DNA of 64,000 bases, taken from Chrysemys picta bellii (taxonomy: Eukaryota). The stretch is taken from contig NC_088808.1 of assembly GCF_011386835.1 (NCBI RefSeq), positions 13,764,001 through 13,828,000 on the forward strand, written 5' to 3'. The notes beneath the pieces are model-generated. The model searched no databases. It saw only the letters and a program-made list of their open reading frames with translations, and was not told the origin of the DNA. How positions within the stretch are numbered: the first letter of the stretch is position 1; every line of letters begins with the position of its first letter. Position numbers and translations under genes: made by a program. Shown here piece after piece: positions 10,776 to 22,292 of this stretch.

Positions 10776-13178
10776 TTGTGGCATCTTCCCCTTCAGGGGC
10801 AGACATTTCATCTGCATCCTGTCTTAACAGTTTCAGATTGCCTGTGTTGGTTCAGGCCCATCTGTAGACACCTGAGGATTGTGTCCCAAGCCACACTCTC
10901 CAACTACCTGGCTGGTCGCTTCCTGATAAGGCACAACTCCAGACCACACTCTTGACCTACAGCAGCACCCTGCATATGGGAGGAAAGGAGAAGGCTCCTC
11001 TGTGGTACCGTTAATGGTGCCTCAAGGACCAGCCAGCAGAGGGTCACCGAACAGCAGATTAAACATCTTTCTCTCCCTGCTTCTGCTTCCAGCTTGAGCC
11101 AGACCAGGATATCACCCACAAAGCGATAGAAATCTGCTCTCTCTTGAATCTTCTGTTCTCATTCTTTTCCATACAGTACAGCATTTGCATCATGTTTAGT
11201 GTCTCATTTGGGGTTTTATAGAGGTCCTTGCACTGCTTTCTTGTGTGTACACAGTAAACCCTGAGGTTACATGCTGCATGCCATCACCGATGTGGGATAC
11301 TGTACCCCCATCTTCCCTTAACTATAACTCACGCCCCACATGGAAAAAGCAAAGCAATGAAAACCCAAGATGACCACGAGCTGAGCAGCTGTTGCTCTGG
11401 AAGGTGTTGCAAAATGTCTTGAACATCCAGTCTTTGCTTTTCGTCATGGGATTCCATAGAGCAGCACACTCAGTGCAGAAGGACAAAACAGCAAACATAT
11501 TGACTCAGTCTCTCGCCCTGTCCCTCCTCTCATGAGGATTAATTCCTTAAAGGATTCCCAGGCTATTTTCCTCACCATCACCACGTCATAACTAACCCCA
11601 GTTGGAATCTCCACTGTAGCCACTGCCCCACAGGAAGGCACCAGTCAGATGGATCAGACAGGTAGATCCATCAGGAACCCCCCCTCTCCCCTCAGAAGCT
11701 CCAGTCAATTGGCCTGCTGCTTTGACCATGAATTCAGGGATGAGGTAACCACTCAGATTCAGGCACTGAATGGTCCCCATGGGAGACAGGAGCATAGCTT
11801 TGGCTTAGCTTTCCTATCAGCCCAGGCTCCAGCCTTCTGATCCCTCCCTTTGCTTCAGGGCAGATTTCTGTGCAACTTAGGGGGCAGCATGAGTTGCAAA
11901 TCAAAACTCCGTTCTTCTTTCTGTGTCTCATTAATTCTTCTTTAGAGAATGCGCTTCAGTGCCAGGAACAAGAGCCAACCAAGTAATGAATCCAACACGG
12001 AAAACAACCACTCAAGGAAAAAGGCAGAGATCAGCAAACTGCTCTTTGTTTCGGAACAGCCGTCCACTTAGTCTAGCCCTAGTTTCCACAGAAGCCTCTT
12101 TAAATCAAATCTGGGCCTGGTGTAAGTGGGTGCAACTCCACTGACTTCAGCAAGAGCAGAAACTGTGGCTGAATTTGGCTCCTGTATTCTGGATCTGCTT
12201 GTACGCGATTTTCAGCATCAGATGATGTGAAGAGGTTTGTGTCTTTTCCTTTCCATGACCATCCCTGGAAATAAAATATCCAGGCAATGGGCAGAATCCC
12301 CTCCCCATATTTCAAACACAAAACTCTCATCTTAACCTACTGCCTTCTGACATAAAACCCATTTAATAAACTATCCAGTGGAGAAGTAGGTTGAGTTCTC
12401 TGCTACCTTGTGCCCAAGGCTTCAGAATGAGAACAGTTACAAATGGGCTTTACAGAAAGAAAACTAAACCCAGCAATCAACAAAAATCTTATATAGGATC
12501 TGGTTAACTCAAAGGATGGTAATGGGAGATGGAGCCTTTCCCTTCTAGTGATGGTCTTGCAGGTCACACTATTCTATTCTGGGCCACGTTGGTAGCAACT
12601 GAATGTCATTACCTCTCAATGCCTGCTTGATGGCTCCAATACCCTGGTGATGGGTGCAGTATAAGGAGCTAAAGGGATGTAAAATGAGTTGGTGGTCTCA
12701 GTCCAGTTCACAGAGGACACAGACTGTGTCTTTCTATATGTTTGCATATTGACTAGTACAACAGGGTCCCAGTCCTGATTAGCACCGTTGGATGCTACTG
12801 CAATGTAATCAGATGACTGATATTTCATAGAACTGGGGAGCAGAAATGATCCGTGCTTTAATCCCTTAGCTCCCAAGAACCACCACTATTACCAAATGCA
12901 AAAGGCACCCCACTCTCCTCTAGGGGGAAGGGATCAAATTATCACTACAGAGGAGCACTCACCATGATGTGTGTTAGAGTTGTGCCCAGAAGCTTCAGCT
13001 GAGATTTGGGCCCCACTGTGCTGTACAAACACAACAATAGAAGACCCTGTCCTGAAGTTCCTAACTAGAGGCACAAGGCGACAGGGAGGGGGGAAATAAG
13101 GGGCTCTCTGATGGGAACACAATGTTACATGCATTTACTAGGTATAGGCACCATATCTGTAAGTGAACTAGAGCTACT

Positions 13179-13363
13179 GGGGGAGGGATAGCTTGGTGGT
13201 TTGGGCATTGGCCTGCTAAACCCAGCATTGTGAGTTCAATCCTTGAGGGGGCCATTAGTGAACTGGGGCAAAAATCTGTCTGGGGGTTAGTCCTGCTTTG
13301 AGCAGGGGGTTGGACTAGATGACCTCCTGAGGTCCCTTCCAACCTTGATATTCTATGATTCTA
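13179..13363 (+). mobile_element. Full-length tRNA-derived SINE with CR1 3' tail (tortoise polIII/SINE type)
   Basis: A box TAGCTTGGTGG, B box GTTCAATCC (13234-13242), CR1-like tail ending ATTCTATGATTCTA; possible CTACTG target-site duplication. Confidence 0.92.
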
Positions 13364-14999
13364 CTGTCTAGCCATTATCATAAGGTGTGGGCTCTTCTAG
13401 ACCAGCTGGCTGGTTGTCTACCTGGCTACCAGATTGTCACCCATGGTTTCCAAGGTGGACAATTAACTGCTTGGGGTGTGTAAAGGATCAAGGAGGTGTG
13501 TGGGGGATGCACACAGTGACCGAGAGACCACTATAACCACAGATGCACAAGTCAAGTACTGATTTCCCACCCTGGCAGGTCCCCTTCCATCTTGGAAGAG
13601 GGTTGATCTAAGGGGACAGACTTATTTCAAACAAGCTTGTTACCAATGTGCCCCATGATGGCTAGAGCCATTAGCCCCATCCCAGGCAGCTGGGGAGTAG
13701 GACACCACCCTCAGCATTCAAGGAAACTATGAGACACAGCATTCCTCCACCCCCAGCCTCCCAGATCCAAACAGCCGCTTCTGTGGTTGCTGCTCCTCAA
13801 TGAGATACATCTGCATTTTTAAGACATTCCCAGCTTCACCCACATGAGAGGCCTGGTGCTGCTGTTCTCACACTTAGGAATGCCTGTGTTAGAATTTGTA
13901 TCTTGGACTTCAGATCAATCCCCTCTCCTATTACATGCTCTCTTCAGCCTGGTGCTTGAGGCTAGGCCAGATTCATTGTGGCTCAGTACCAAGGTGTGTA
14001 ACCTTCATATTTGCTGCTACAAAGATGATTGGCAAGGCTGACTCTTTCAGCATCGTGAGTTTGCCCATACAGAGGGCATAACAAATATTAGTATGAACAG
14101 ATCCCAAGGGATTATTTAAAATAACAGATTAAATGTAAATCCAGAGCTCAGCATAGGTTACATTCTGAAGGAAAACTACATTGTCAATTTATATTGCATT
14201 TACACAGCACTTCACAGTTCCAAAGCACTTAACAAATATTAACTGATCAACCAACTGTTGCAGGAGATATCATCATCTCTATTTTACAGGTAGGGAAAAT
14301 GAGGCACAGAACGGTTCAAATATTCATAGTGTCAAAGCTATGCTGAGAATTTAGGAATTCTTTGGTGCTCATCCTTTGCTCAGACCAAACATCATAAATC
14401 AGATTATAAACAGGGAACAGGTTGCCATTTGTATATGACTATGGCGCAGATACTCCTTTTAAAATTAAAATACAGTACAAGATCGTTGCTGCTGTTTGCA
14501 AAGGTCACCCATCCAGCAAAATGTCTCCAGAAAAGCCTGTTATGATTCGCATTAACACTGTGCATCACCAGATCACAATGGCCTCCAAAGATATTTTGAG
14601 CTGTTTCACAAGCCTGCAGAATGGTCCCTGTCAAAATCAGGTCTTTCTGTCCCTTGAAGGAAGGGACAGACAGGGCGAAACTCCCTTCTGCGATACATAC
14701 ATCTGCCTCTTTGGAAGAGCTGCTGTGCCTGTTCCCAATCTGTTTCAAAGGTCACCCCATAAAACAGCTTCATGAGAGCTGCCACCCTTTTACCGGATCT
14801 CTCCTGCAGGACATTGTATTACAACATTGTCATGAATGAGTCATGATACAGTTCCACAAGTGCCAAAAGACATTTTGGGGCTGCTTTAATGCCCTTCAAG
14901 ACGTGCAGAGGTCCCACGGAAATCGGCTCTACAGCTTAGGTGCAGATCATGGATCCACCTCTGTCATGTGTCAATCCCGGGAAAGGAGGAGGGTCTTTG

Positions 15000-15700
15000 C
15001 TCACTCCTTTCCAGCGGGCAGGGGTCCGATTGGGGATCCCTGGTAATGGGGGGACGGTGACCCCTCTCTTAGGGGGTCACCCACAGTGGGGAATCGTGTC
15101 TTCCGAGGGTGGATCCAGAGGATACAATGCTCCCTCCCGTGCCCCTGTGGGTGGATGGTCAAATATCCTCCCCGGGGCAGTGGGTGCGTGTGACAGGTCC
15201 CGTCCCTCACCCCGGCCAGTGGGGGGGATCCCGGGTCTCTGACCCGCGGCAGCCTGGGGATCGGGTCCCCGCAGTGGGCGGATCCGGGAACGGGATCGGG
15301 TCCCCCCGGGGCCGGGTACCTCTGGCTAGCCCCGCATGCTCTTATCTCCGATCTCCCCGGCACCCACCTGGCCCGAGGCCCCTGCCCGGCTCCCTGGGTA
15401 GAGGGGATCCAGGTTCGTTCCGGTTCCGGTCCCCGGGGGCGGGGGTCTGTGTGTCCTCCTCAGGGTCCGCTCCCGCCCCCCCTCCCCGCAACAGCCTCCG
15501 CTGTCAACAAATCCACCCGTCACTTCCGCCACCCGGAGCCCGGAGCCCGAGACCGCCTTTCCCGGGAAACAGAATCCCCACGCAGAACGTTCCGCTGCCT
15601 GGGTAGAGGCCAGAATTCCCCCAGCCCACCCCGACCGTCCCTATCGCCCGAACCCCAGGGACCGGAAGGGTGACACGTCCCCCTGCGCCTTATCCCCTGG
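15000..15700. promoter_or_regulatory. CpG island / ZER1 promoter
   Basis: High GC and CpG density against a CpG-depleted background; GC boxes and ETS motif. Confidence 0.8.
15368..15540 (-). other. ZER1: Probable non-coding exon 1 of ZER1
   Basis: CAG|gtgggt donor at 15368 inside a CpG island; GCGGAAGTG ETS-type motif near 15520-15528; the TSS position is inferred. Confidence 0.55.
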
Positions 15701-15954
15701 GAACTTGGGAAATCCCATCACATTGCAGCCTTCCCTCAACGCCACAAGATGACATCACATCATGAGAGTTTCCTTGTGCAGCATGGTGACATCATGGCGC
15801 AGTGAGCTGACATCACAGCCTGATGGTGTCCCAGCATGGTGCGATGACATCACACTGTGATGGTGGCCTGGCATGGAGAGAGAATAATACCTAGCTCTCA
15901 CTTACATTTAAATTTTTATCAGTAGATCACAAAATGCATTATAAAGGAGGATAA

Positions 15955-16095
15955 TACCATTATTGCTGTTTTACAGATGGGGAAACTGAGACACAGATGG
16001 GGGAGTGACTTGTCCAAAGTCACCCAGCAGGTCAGTGGCAGAGCAAGAAATAGAACCCACATCTCCTGAAACTCAGTCCATTGCCCTGACAGCTA
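15955..16095 (-). mobile_element. MIR/CORE-SINE-like fragment
   Basis: ttttacagatggggaaactgagacacag ... tgacttgtccaaagtcacccagc CORE-type motif. Confidence 0.65.
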
Positions 16096-16290
16096 GGCCA
16101 CATTGTATTTTGGCGTGATAATATGATTGCATCGTGGAAGTATTAAATTGTTTCACTGTTGTGTCAGAAATACAGGATGTTGGGATAATGTTGCATTGCA
16201 TTTTTATTACATTGTATCTTACCCCAATGCTGTAGCATTGTGCCAGATTGATTTTTATTGCAGTGTGATGACATTCTTTAGCATGCTAAC

Positions 16291-17911
16291 TAGGGCTGTC
16301 AGGTAATTACAAAAATTAATCACAATTAATCACGCTGTTAAACAACAATAGAATATCATTTATTTTAAATATTTTGTGATGTTTACTACATTGACAGATA
16401 TATTAATTTCAATTACAGCAGAGAATACAAAGTGTACAGTGCTCACTTTATATTTATTTTTTATTAAAAATATTTGCACTGTAAAAAAAAATATTTTTCA
16501 ATTCACCTCATACAAGTACTGTAGTGCAATCTCTTTATCATGAAAGTTTAACTTACAAATGTAGAATTATGTACAAAAACTGCATTCAAAAATAAAACAA
16601 TGTAAAACTTTAGAGCCTATAAGTCCACTCAGTCCTACTTCTTGGTCAGCCAGTCACTCAGAAAAACAAGGTTGGTTACAATTTGCAGGAGATAATGCTG
16701 CCTACTTCTTATTTACAATGTCACCTGAAAGTGAGAACTGGCATTTGCATGGCACTGTTGTAGCTGGCATTGCAAAATATTTACATGCTGTCCCTTCATG
16801 CTTCAACCATCATTCCAGAGAACATGCTTCCATGCTGATGGGTTCTGCTTGATAACGTTCCAAAGCAGTGTGGACTGACTCATGTTCATTTTCATCATCT
16901 GAGTCAGATACCATCAGCAGAAGGTTGATTTTCTTTTTTGGTGGTTTGGGTTCTGTAGTTTCCCCATCGGAGTATTGCTCTTTTAAGACTTTTAAAAGCA
17001 TGGTCTACACCTCATCCCTCTCAGATTTTGGATGGCACTTCAGATTCTTAAACCTTGGGTCGAATGCTGTAGCTATTTTTAGAAATCTCACATTGTACCT
17101 TCTTTGTGTTTTGTCAAATCTGCTGTGAAAGTGTTCTTAAAATGAACATGTGCTGGGTCATCATCCGAGACTGCTATAACATGAAATATATGCAGAATGC
17201 AGGTAAAACAGAGCAGGAGACATACAATTCTCCCCCACCAAAGGAGTACAGTTACAAATTTAATTGACACATTATTTTTTGAATGAGCATCAGCATGTAA
17301 GCATGTCCTCTGGAATGGTGGCTGAAGCATGAAGGCACATATGAATTTTTAGCATATCTGGCATATAAATACCTTGCAAACGCTGGCTATAAAAGTGCCA
17401 TGCAAACGCCTATTCTCACTTTCAGGTGACCTTGTAAATAAGAAGCAGGCAGCATTATCTCCCATCAATGTAAACAAACTTGTTTGTCTTGGTGACTGGC
17501 AGAATAAGAAGTAGGACTGAGTGGACTTGTAGGCTCTAAAGTTTTACACTGTTTTGTTTTTGAGTGCAGTTATGTAATCCCCAAAAAATCTGCATTTGTA
17601 AGTTACACTTTCACAATAAAGAGATTGCCCTTCAGTACTTGTATGAGGTGAATTTAAAAATGCTGTTTCTTTTAACATTTTTACAGTGCATATATTTGTA
17701 ATAAAAATAATAATTTAAAGTGAGCACTGTGCACTTTTTATTCTATGTTGTAATTGAAATCAATATGAAAATGTAGAAAAACATCCAAAAGTATTTAATA
17801 AATTTCAATTGGTATTCTATTGTTATAAGTGCGATTAATCGCGATTAATTTCTTTAATCGCGATTATTTTTTTTAATCAAGTGAGTTAACTGCGATAAAT
17901 TGACAGCTCTA
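16291..17911. mobile_element. Non-autonomous hAT DNA transposon with fold-back structure and degraded transposase C-terminus
   Basis: TIRs TAGGGCTGTCA / TGACAGCTCTA; perfect 8-bp TSD ATGCTAAC (16283-16290, 17912-17919); transposase remnants FLKIATAFDPRFK and hAT dimerisation-like PATTVP...FSLSGDIVNKK. Confidence 0.92.
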
Positions 17912-19590
17912 ATGCTAACATTGCATTTTACCATGTGATGATGTTGCATTGCACCACAGTGACTTGTGTTGCAGTGTGATGACGTGCTGTGACCTGATGT
18001 TATCACATTTCTATATCATGATATTGAGTTGCATCCTGATTATGATGGTTTACTTTGCACCATAATGAGATGGTGTGATGTGAAGATATTGGAGCATGAT
18101 GTTATAGTAGCTGAGGCTGGCCTGATATGAGTAATTAACACATGGATGTTGTGATGCAGCATAATAAATCTTAAGATACACGTTACTTCCAGCTGTGATG
18201 ACACTTCGATACACCTTGCTGCATGACACAGTTACATTTTGACAGGTTTGCTTCCCGAGTGGGAGATAATGTTTCTTCCAAGTATGACAATACCGAGTCA
18301 AAATATCATCCTGTAGCACTGTGTCTTGTTGACTGACTGTCTCAACTTGCCAAATTGGTTCACCCTTAGCACAACAATGCAGGGGATGGAATGAGAAATA
18401 TTGGTCAAGGATATAAAATCTAACACCTCGGCTCTTAGGTGTAGTGCCTCAGGATCTTCAACATGCACAGCAAGCAAGACTTTGGCTTTTAAATTAATGG
18501 ACAAAAGACTTCCACAGAATAAACTGCCTGGAATGCATTTTCAAATACCTCTAGTTTAATTATATTTTGTTCATGAAGAACAGTGGATTTCTCATTATCA
18601 TCTTCATTGTGTTCCTTCAGTGAATGTGAACATGAGTTCATCCTGCCACAGCAACACTTCGCCATCAACTTCAGCTGCTATATGGCTTGAGAGCAAAATA
18701 GGAAATTATCCTTTCCTTAGGAATCTTTCTGGATGAAAAATGCAATGTAAATAAAATTGTGTACTGAAATCCTCCACTATGGGAAAATAAATATATATTT
18801 GTATGTTAAATTTTATATACACCCACAGATGATGTCAGAGGATTCTTTGAGCCAAGAAATGAGTGAATTCTGGCTGCTCAGACCAGATATGACATCTGAA
18901 TTTAAGAAAGGAACCAAAAATCTCCTGGATTATTAAAAGAGGAAAAATCTGGGAGAATACAGTGAAAAAATTACTTTAGAGAATGCAGAGTTCCATGCAG
19001 TCCCAGCTAAACTGAATAATTCCATACCCTAGTGGAAATTCTAGTAGATCCATTCTGATCCTTCAGTGGGTCTCTTGGTTTCGTTTGAAGGTCTAATAAG
19101 CTCATAATGTAGCAGGCTCCATTGTTGATCTCTGAGCTGAAGCCCTCCTCTTTACCAACTGCATTAACCCTACAGGGTTCCTTTTCCTCCAGCCTGAGAC
19201 AGAAGCTGATTTAAGTGATCCACACACAGATTCTTCAAAACCTTAATTTTTCCTAGCAAGTTTTGGTAAGCCCAATTATCTACATCTGTGGTTTGGGAGA
19301 AGCTGCAGCATGCTCTCTGTCTCTCTCTCTGACACAGAGACTCGTTTCCAGCTGCTGCTAACAATTCACTCAACCCCCTTTCCTCTTCTAAGCCTGAGTC
19401 CTTTAATAGTTTAGCATCCCTTTTTATCCTAGTCTCTGGCCTAGAAAGAGTAAACCTTGCTAGTTGGACAGAGCCAGGAAATGGCATCCTCAATTAATAG
19501 CCCCCATTGTTTTCTTAAGGAGCCTTATTTCTGTAATTGTCTCTCCCCTACCAGCCTCCTTTGATTTAACTTTATGCACTCAAGCAGGAT

Positions 19591-20148
19591 GTGCCAACTC
19601 TGTCCACATATCTATTCAAGTGACATCATCATAGGACCTAATCACATCAGCCATACCATCAGGGGCTCGTTCACCTACACATCTACCAATGTGATATATG
19701 CCATCATGTGCCAGCAATGCCCCTCTGCCATGTACATTGGCCAAACCGGACAGTCTCTATGCAAAAGAATTAATGGACACAAATCTGACATCAGGAATCA
19801 TAATATTCAAAAACCAGTGGGAGAACACTTTAACCTGTCTGGCCATTCAATGACAGACCTGTGGGTGGCTATCTTACAACAGAAAAACTTAAAAAACAGA
19901 CTCCAACGAGAGACTGCTGAGCTGGAATTGATATGCAAACTAGATACAATCAACTCAGGATTGAATAAGGACTGGGAATGGCTGAGCCATTACAAACATT
20001 GACTCTATCTCCCCTTGTAAGTATTCTCACACTTCTTATCAAAGTGTCTGTACTGGGCTAGCTTGATTATCACTTAAAATTTTTTTCCCCTCTTACTTAA
20101 TTGGCCTCTCAGAGTTGGTAAGACAACTCCCACCTGTTCATGCTCTCT

Positions 20149-20180
<32 letters not shown>

Positions 20181-20331
20181 CTCCTCAATATATGTTCCAC
20201 TCTATATGCATCTGAAGAAGTGGTCAGTAGCCCACGAAAGCTTATGCTCTAATAAATTTGTTAGTCTCTAAGGCGCCACAAGTACTCCTGTTCTTTTTGC
20301 GGATACAGACTAACACGGCTGCTACTCTGAA
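19591..20331 (+). mobile_element. 5'-truncated Penelope-like retroelement (GIY-YIG endonuclease plus 3' region)
   Basis: CxxC, VIY...YIG, KR..GH, E and GLN GIY-YIG motifs; 11-bp direct repeat TCAAGCAGGAT at 19580-19590 and 20332-20342; (TA)n and hammerhead motif in the 3' part. Confidence 0.92.
20208..20247 (+). ncRNA. Minimal type I hammerhead ribozyme motif of the Penelope element
   Basis: GCAT-CTGAAGA-A-GTGG..CCAC-GAAA-GCT-T-ATGC: helix I GCAT/ATGC, core CUGANGA and GAAA, palindromic AGCT helix III. Confidence 0.75.
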
Positions 20332-20749
20332 TCAAGCAGGATAATATCAAACAGGTAAATGGAGGTTTATATATTTATAAAAAAAATAATACATCGAACT
20401 CGCTCATTCTTCACAGGCCCCAATTCCACCCAGGGTCTGCAAGCTCTACCGTAATTACAAATCTCACTAGCAGTCTTGTCATGACAGTCCACAAGCAAGG
20501 TTTGAATTGAGAAGGGACCAGGGAAAATTGGTTCCCATCCTCTTTCTGATAACATTTAAAAGAATTAGTTCAATAGCTATGGGGAGAGGATTCAAAAGGA
20601 AAGCAAGTTCTCTTGCTATCCAGGTCGTGTGGACAAGTTGGGCGCTGGAGCTGTACCCAAGATGATGAACTCCCCTTTCAGGCTGGGGCATGCTGCTGTA
20701 TCTAAATCACTCCCCTTCAGTTAGCGCCATTACAGGGTCAAAGATAGCC

Positions 20750-21150
20750 TTGTCTGGCCCCTCAGGGAGGGAGCCGAGCCCCAGGGCCCAGCAGATAAGG
20801 GCGCTGGCTGCGGGGAGGCGGGGCCAGGCAGGGGAGGGGCGGGGCCTCTCACCCAGGCCCGGGGCGGCTATTTCCGCAGGGCCCCGCCCCCTCGCCGCCT
20901 GGGGCCGGGTTTCCAGCCGGACCGTTTATTCAGGGCGCGCCGGCCGCCGGAGGGGGGGGGACCGGGAAGTCATCATGTCGAGTCTGCACAAGAGCAGGTG
21001 GGGGGCCGGGGCCCGAGGAACCCCCGGGGGGCGGGGTCCGGCCCTGAAAGCGGCCCCCTCCCGGAGCGAGGGGCTCTTCCGCCGCGTCCCTCCTTTCCCT
21101 GGACGCTGGTGTCCCCCCCAGCCCGCCCCTCCCAATCGAGGGGGCGCCCC
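20750..21150. promoter_or_regulatory. CpG island / TBC1D13 promoter
   Basis: GC-rich with GC boxes; GGAAGT ETS motif ending 4 nt before the ATG. Confidence 0.8.
20975..20997 (+). CDS. TBC1D13: TBC1D13 exon 1 coding part (MSSLHKS)
   Basis: ATG at 20975; AG|gtgggg donor; 23 nt. Confidence 0.92.
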
Positions 21151-22218
21151 ATAACTGAGCCCTGGGGCAGGTGTGTTCTGGTCCCTGCACCCTCCTGCGG
21201 GGGAGGGGCTGGCACAGCCAGGGGGAGGCTGCTGTGGGTTAGATCCCCCCCCCCATCTCCAAGGTGGGGGGTGGTCTCTGCTTGCGATTGGCGGCTTTCA
21301 GCAGGGTGTGGGCTGAGGTGTGAGATGCTGGGGTGGCTTCTCGGGGGGGGGGCACTTCAGAAAAATGGGGGGGTGTATGTGTCAAATTGGCGTCAGCATA
21401 TAGACCTGTTATATGTGATTCTGTTCTGCAAAGTCCGGGTGGATGAAATGGGGCAGTTGGGGTGCCCCATAACAAATGATGTTCCTGCATAGGGCAAAAT
21501 ATCTGAACCAGAGCACAGCGTTACAGACCATTTGTGATGCGTGGTTCTGCATTTAACGGAAGTACAGGCTTTCTCCTCTTTGAGTGCAGCTTCACTAATG
21601 CAGTGTTGTGGAAATGCTGGCACCAAAAATTAGGGGTTTTGAGGCTTATTCAAAGGTTCCCTAAAGCTGGAGTGTCCCAGCCTTTCAGTATCATTGTAAG
21701 ATGGGAAACTTCAGTACCTAGGGAAAGTCTGAGGTAGGCACTATTACATACGGCTGTTTGCTTTTGCAATCTGCCTCACTTATTGTACTTGCAACTGAAA
21801 AGCAGTTGTGATTAAAAAGTCCTTATCAGAACAAAAGCAAATTATGTTTTTGTAACTATTTACAATGTATGTCATGTGGTGTAAGTGCCCTTGAAAGAAG
21901 TAATCTTGAGTGCAAGCCAGGGATGACATTCTCTCAGTGAGAGACATCATGAGCCTAAACTCGAGAACTATACAGATTTTTAATAGTAACTGCCTATTCT
22001 GAGTGTCTAGGCAAGTCCTCAGTGTATATCTGTTATGTCTAGCTGTAACAGCAAATGGGGACAATATGGCTGGAGCTTTGATGCCTGGCTGGCAGAGGTA
22101 TTTGCTGTGATCATTGCAGGAAAGCAAGCTGCAATATAACTCTGATACCTTCACCTGACTCATCCTTGAGTCTGTCATCTTTATATAATTTGTGTGTGTG
22201 GCCATACTTCTTTTGTAG

Positions 22219-22292
22219 GATTGCAGAATTTCAGGATGTCCTTGGGGAACCCAAGATTGTTCTGCAGAAGCTCCGTGAACTCTGCTTTAGTG
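22219..22292 (+). CDS. TBC1D13: TBC1D13 exon 2 (IAEFQDVLGEPK...LCFS)
   Basis: ttttgtag|G; G|gtaagt; 74 nt. Confidence 0.94.

Larger units (their letters stand above)
538..15540 (-). other. ZER1: ZER1 gene, 5' portion (CRL2 substrate receptor, ZYG-11 family; LRR and ARM repeats); 3' exons lie left of the window
   Basis: Eight coding exons join in frame (158+151+437+177+115+147+174+216=1575 nt). The protein starts MASDSPESLMTLCTDYCLRNL, a BC-box/Cul2-box-like N-terminus. Synteny with TBC1D13-ENDOG-SPOUT1-KYAT1. Confidence 0.96.

Noticed and set aside
14404-14775. Opposing 114-aa and 117-aa ORFs in ZER1 intron 1, with a repeated tgttt(g)caaaggtcacc motif at about 14494 and 14741
   Set aside because: No recognisable protein, splice context or promoter; two copies of a short motif are not enough to call a feature
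15001-15673. Several 70-165 aa ORFs in the ZER1 CpG island
   Set aside because: GC-rich stop-codon depletion; Pro/Gly/Arg-biased and no domain signature
20690-21492. 154-aa and 164-aa ORFs around the TBC1D13 start
   Set aside because: CpG-island artefacts; only the 23-nt MSSLHKSR segment is real and it ends at a splice donor
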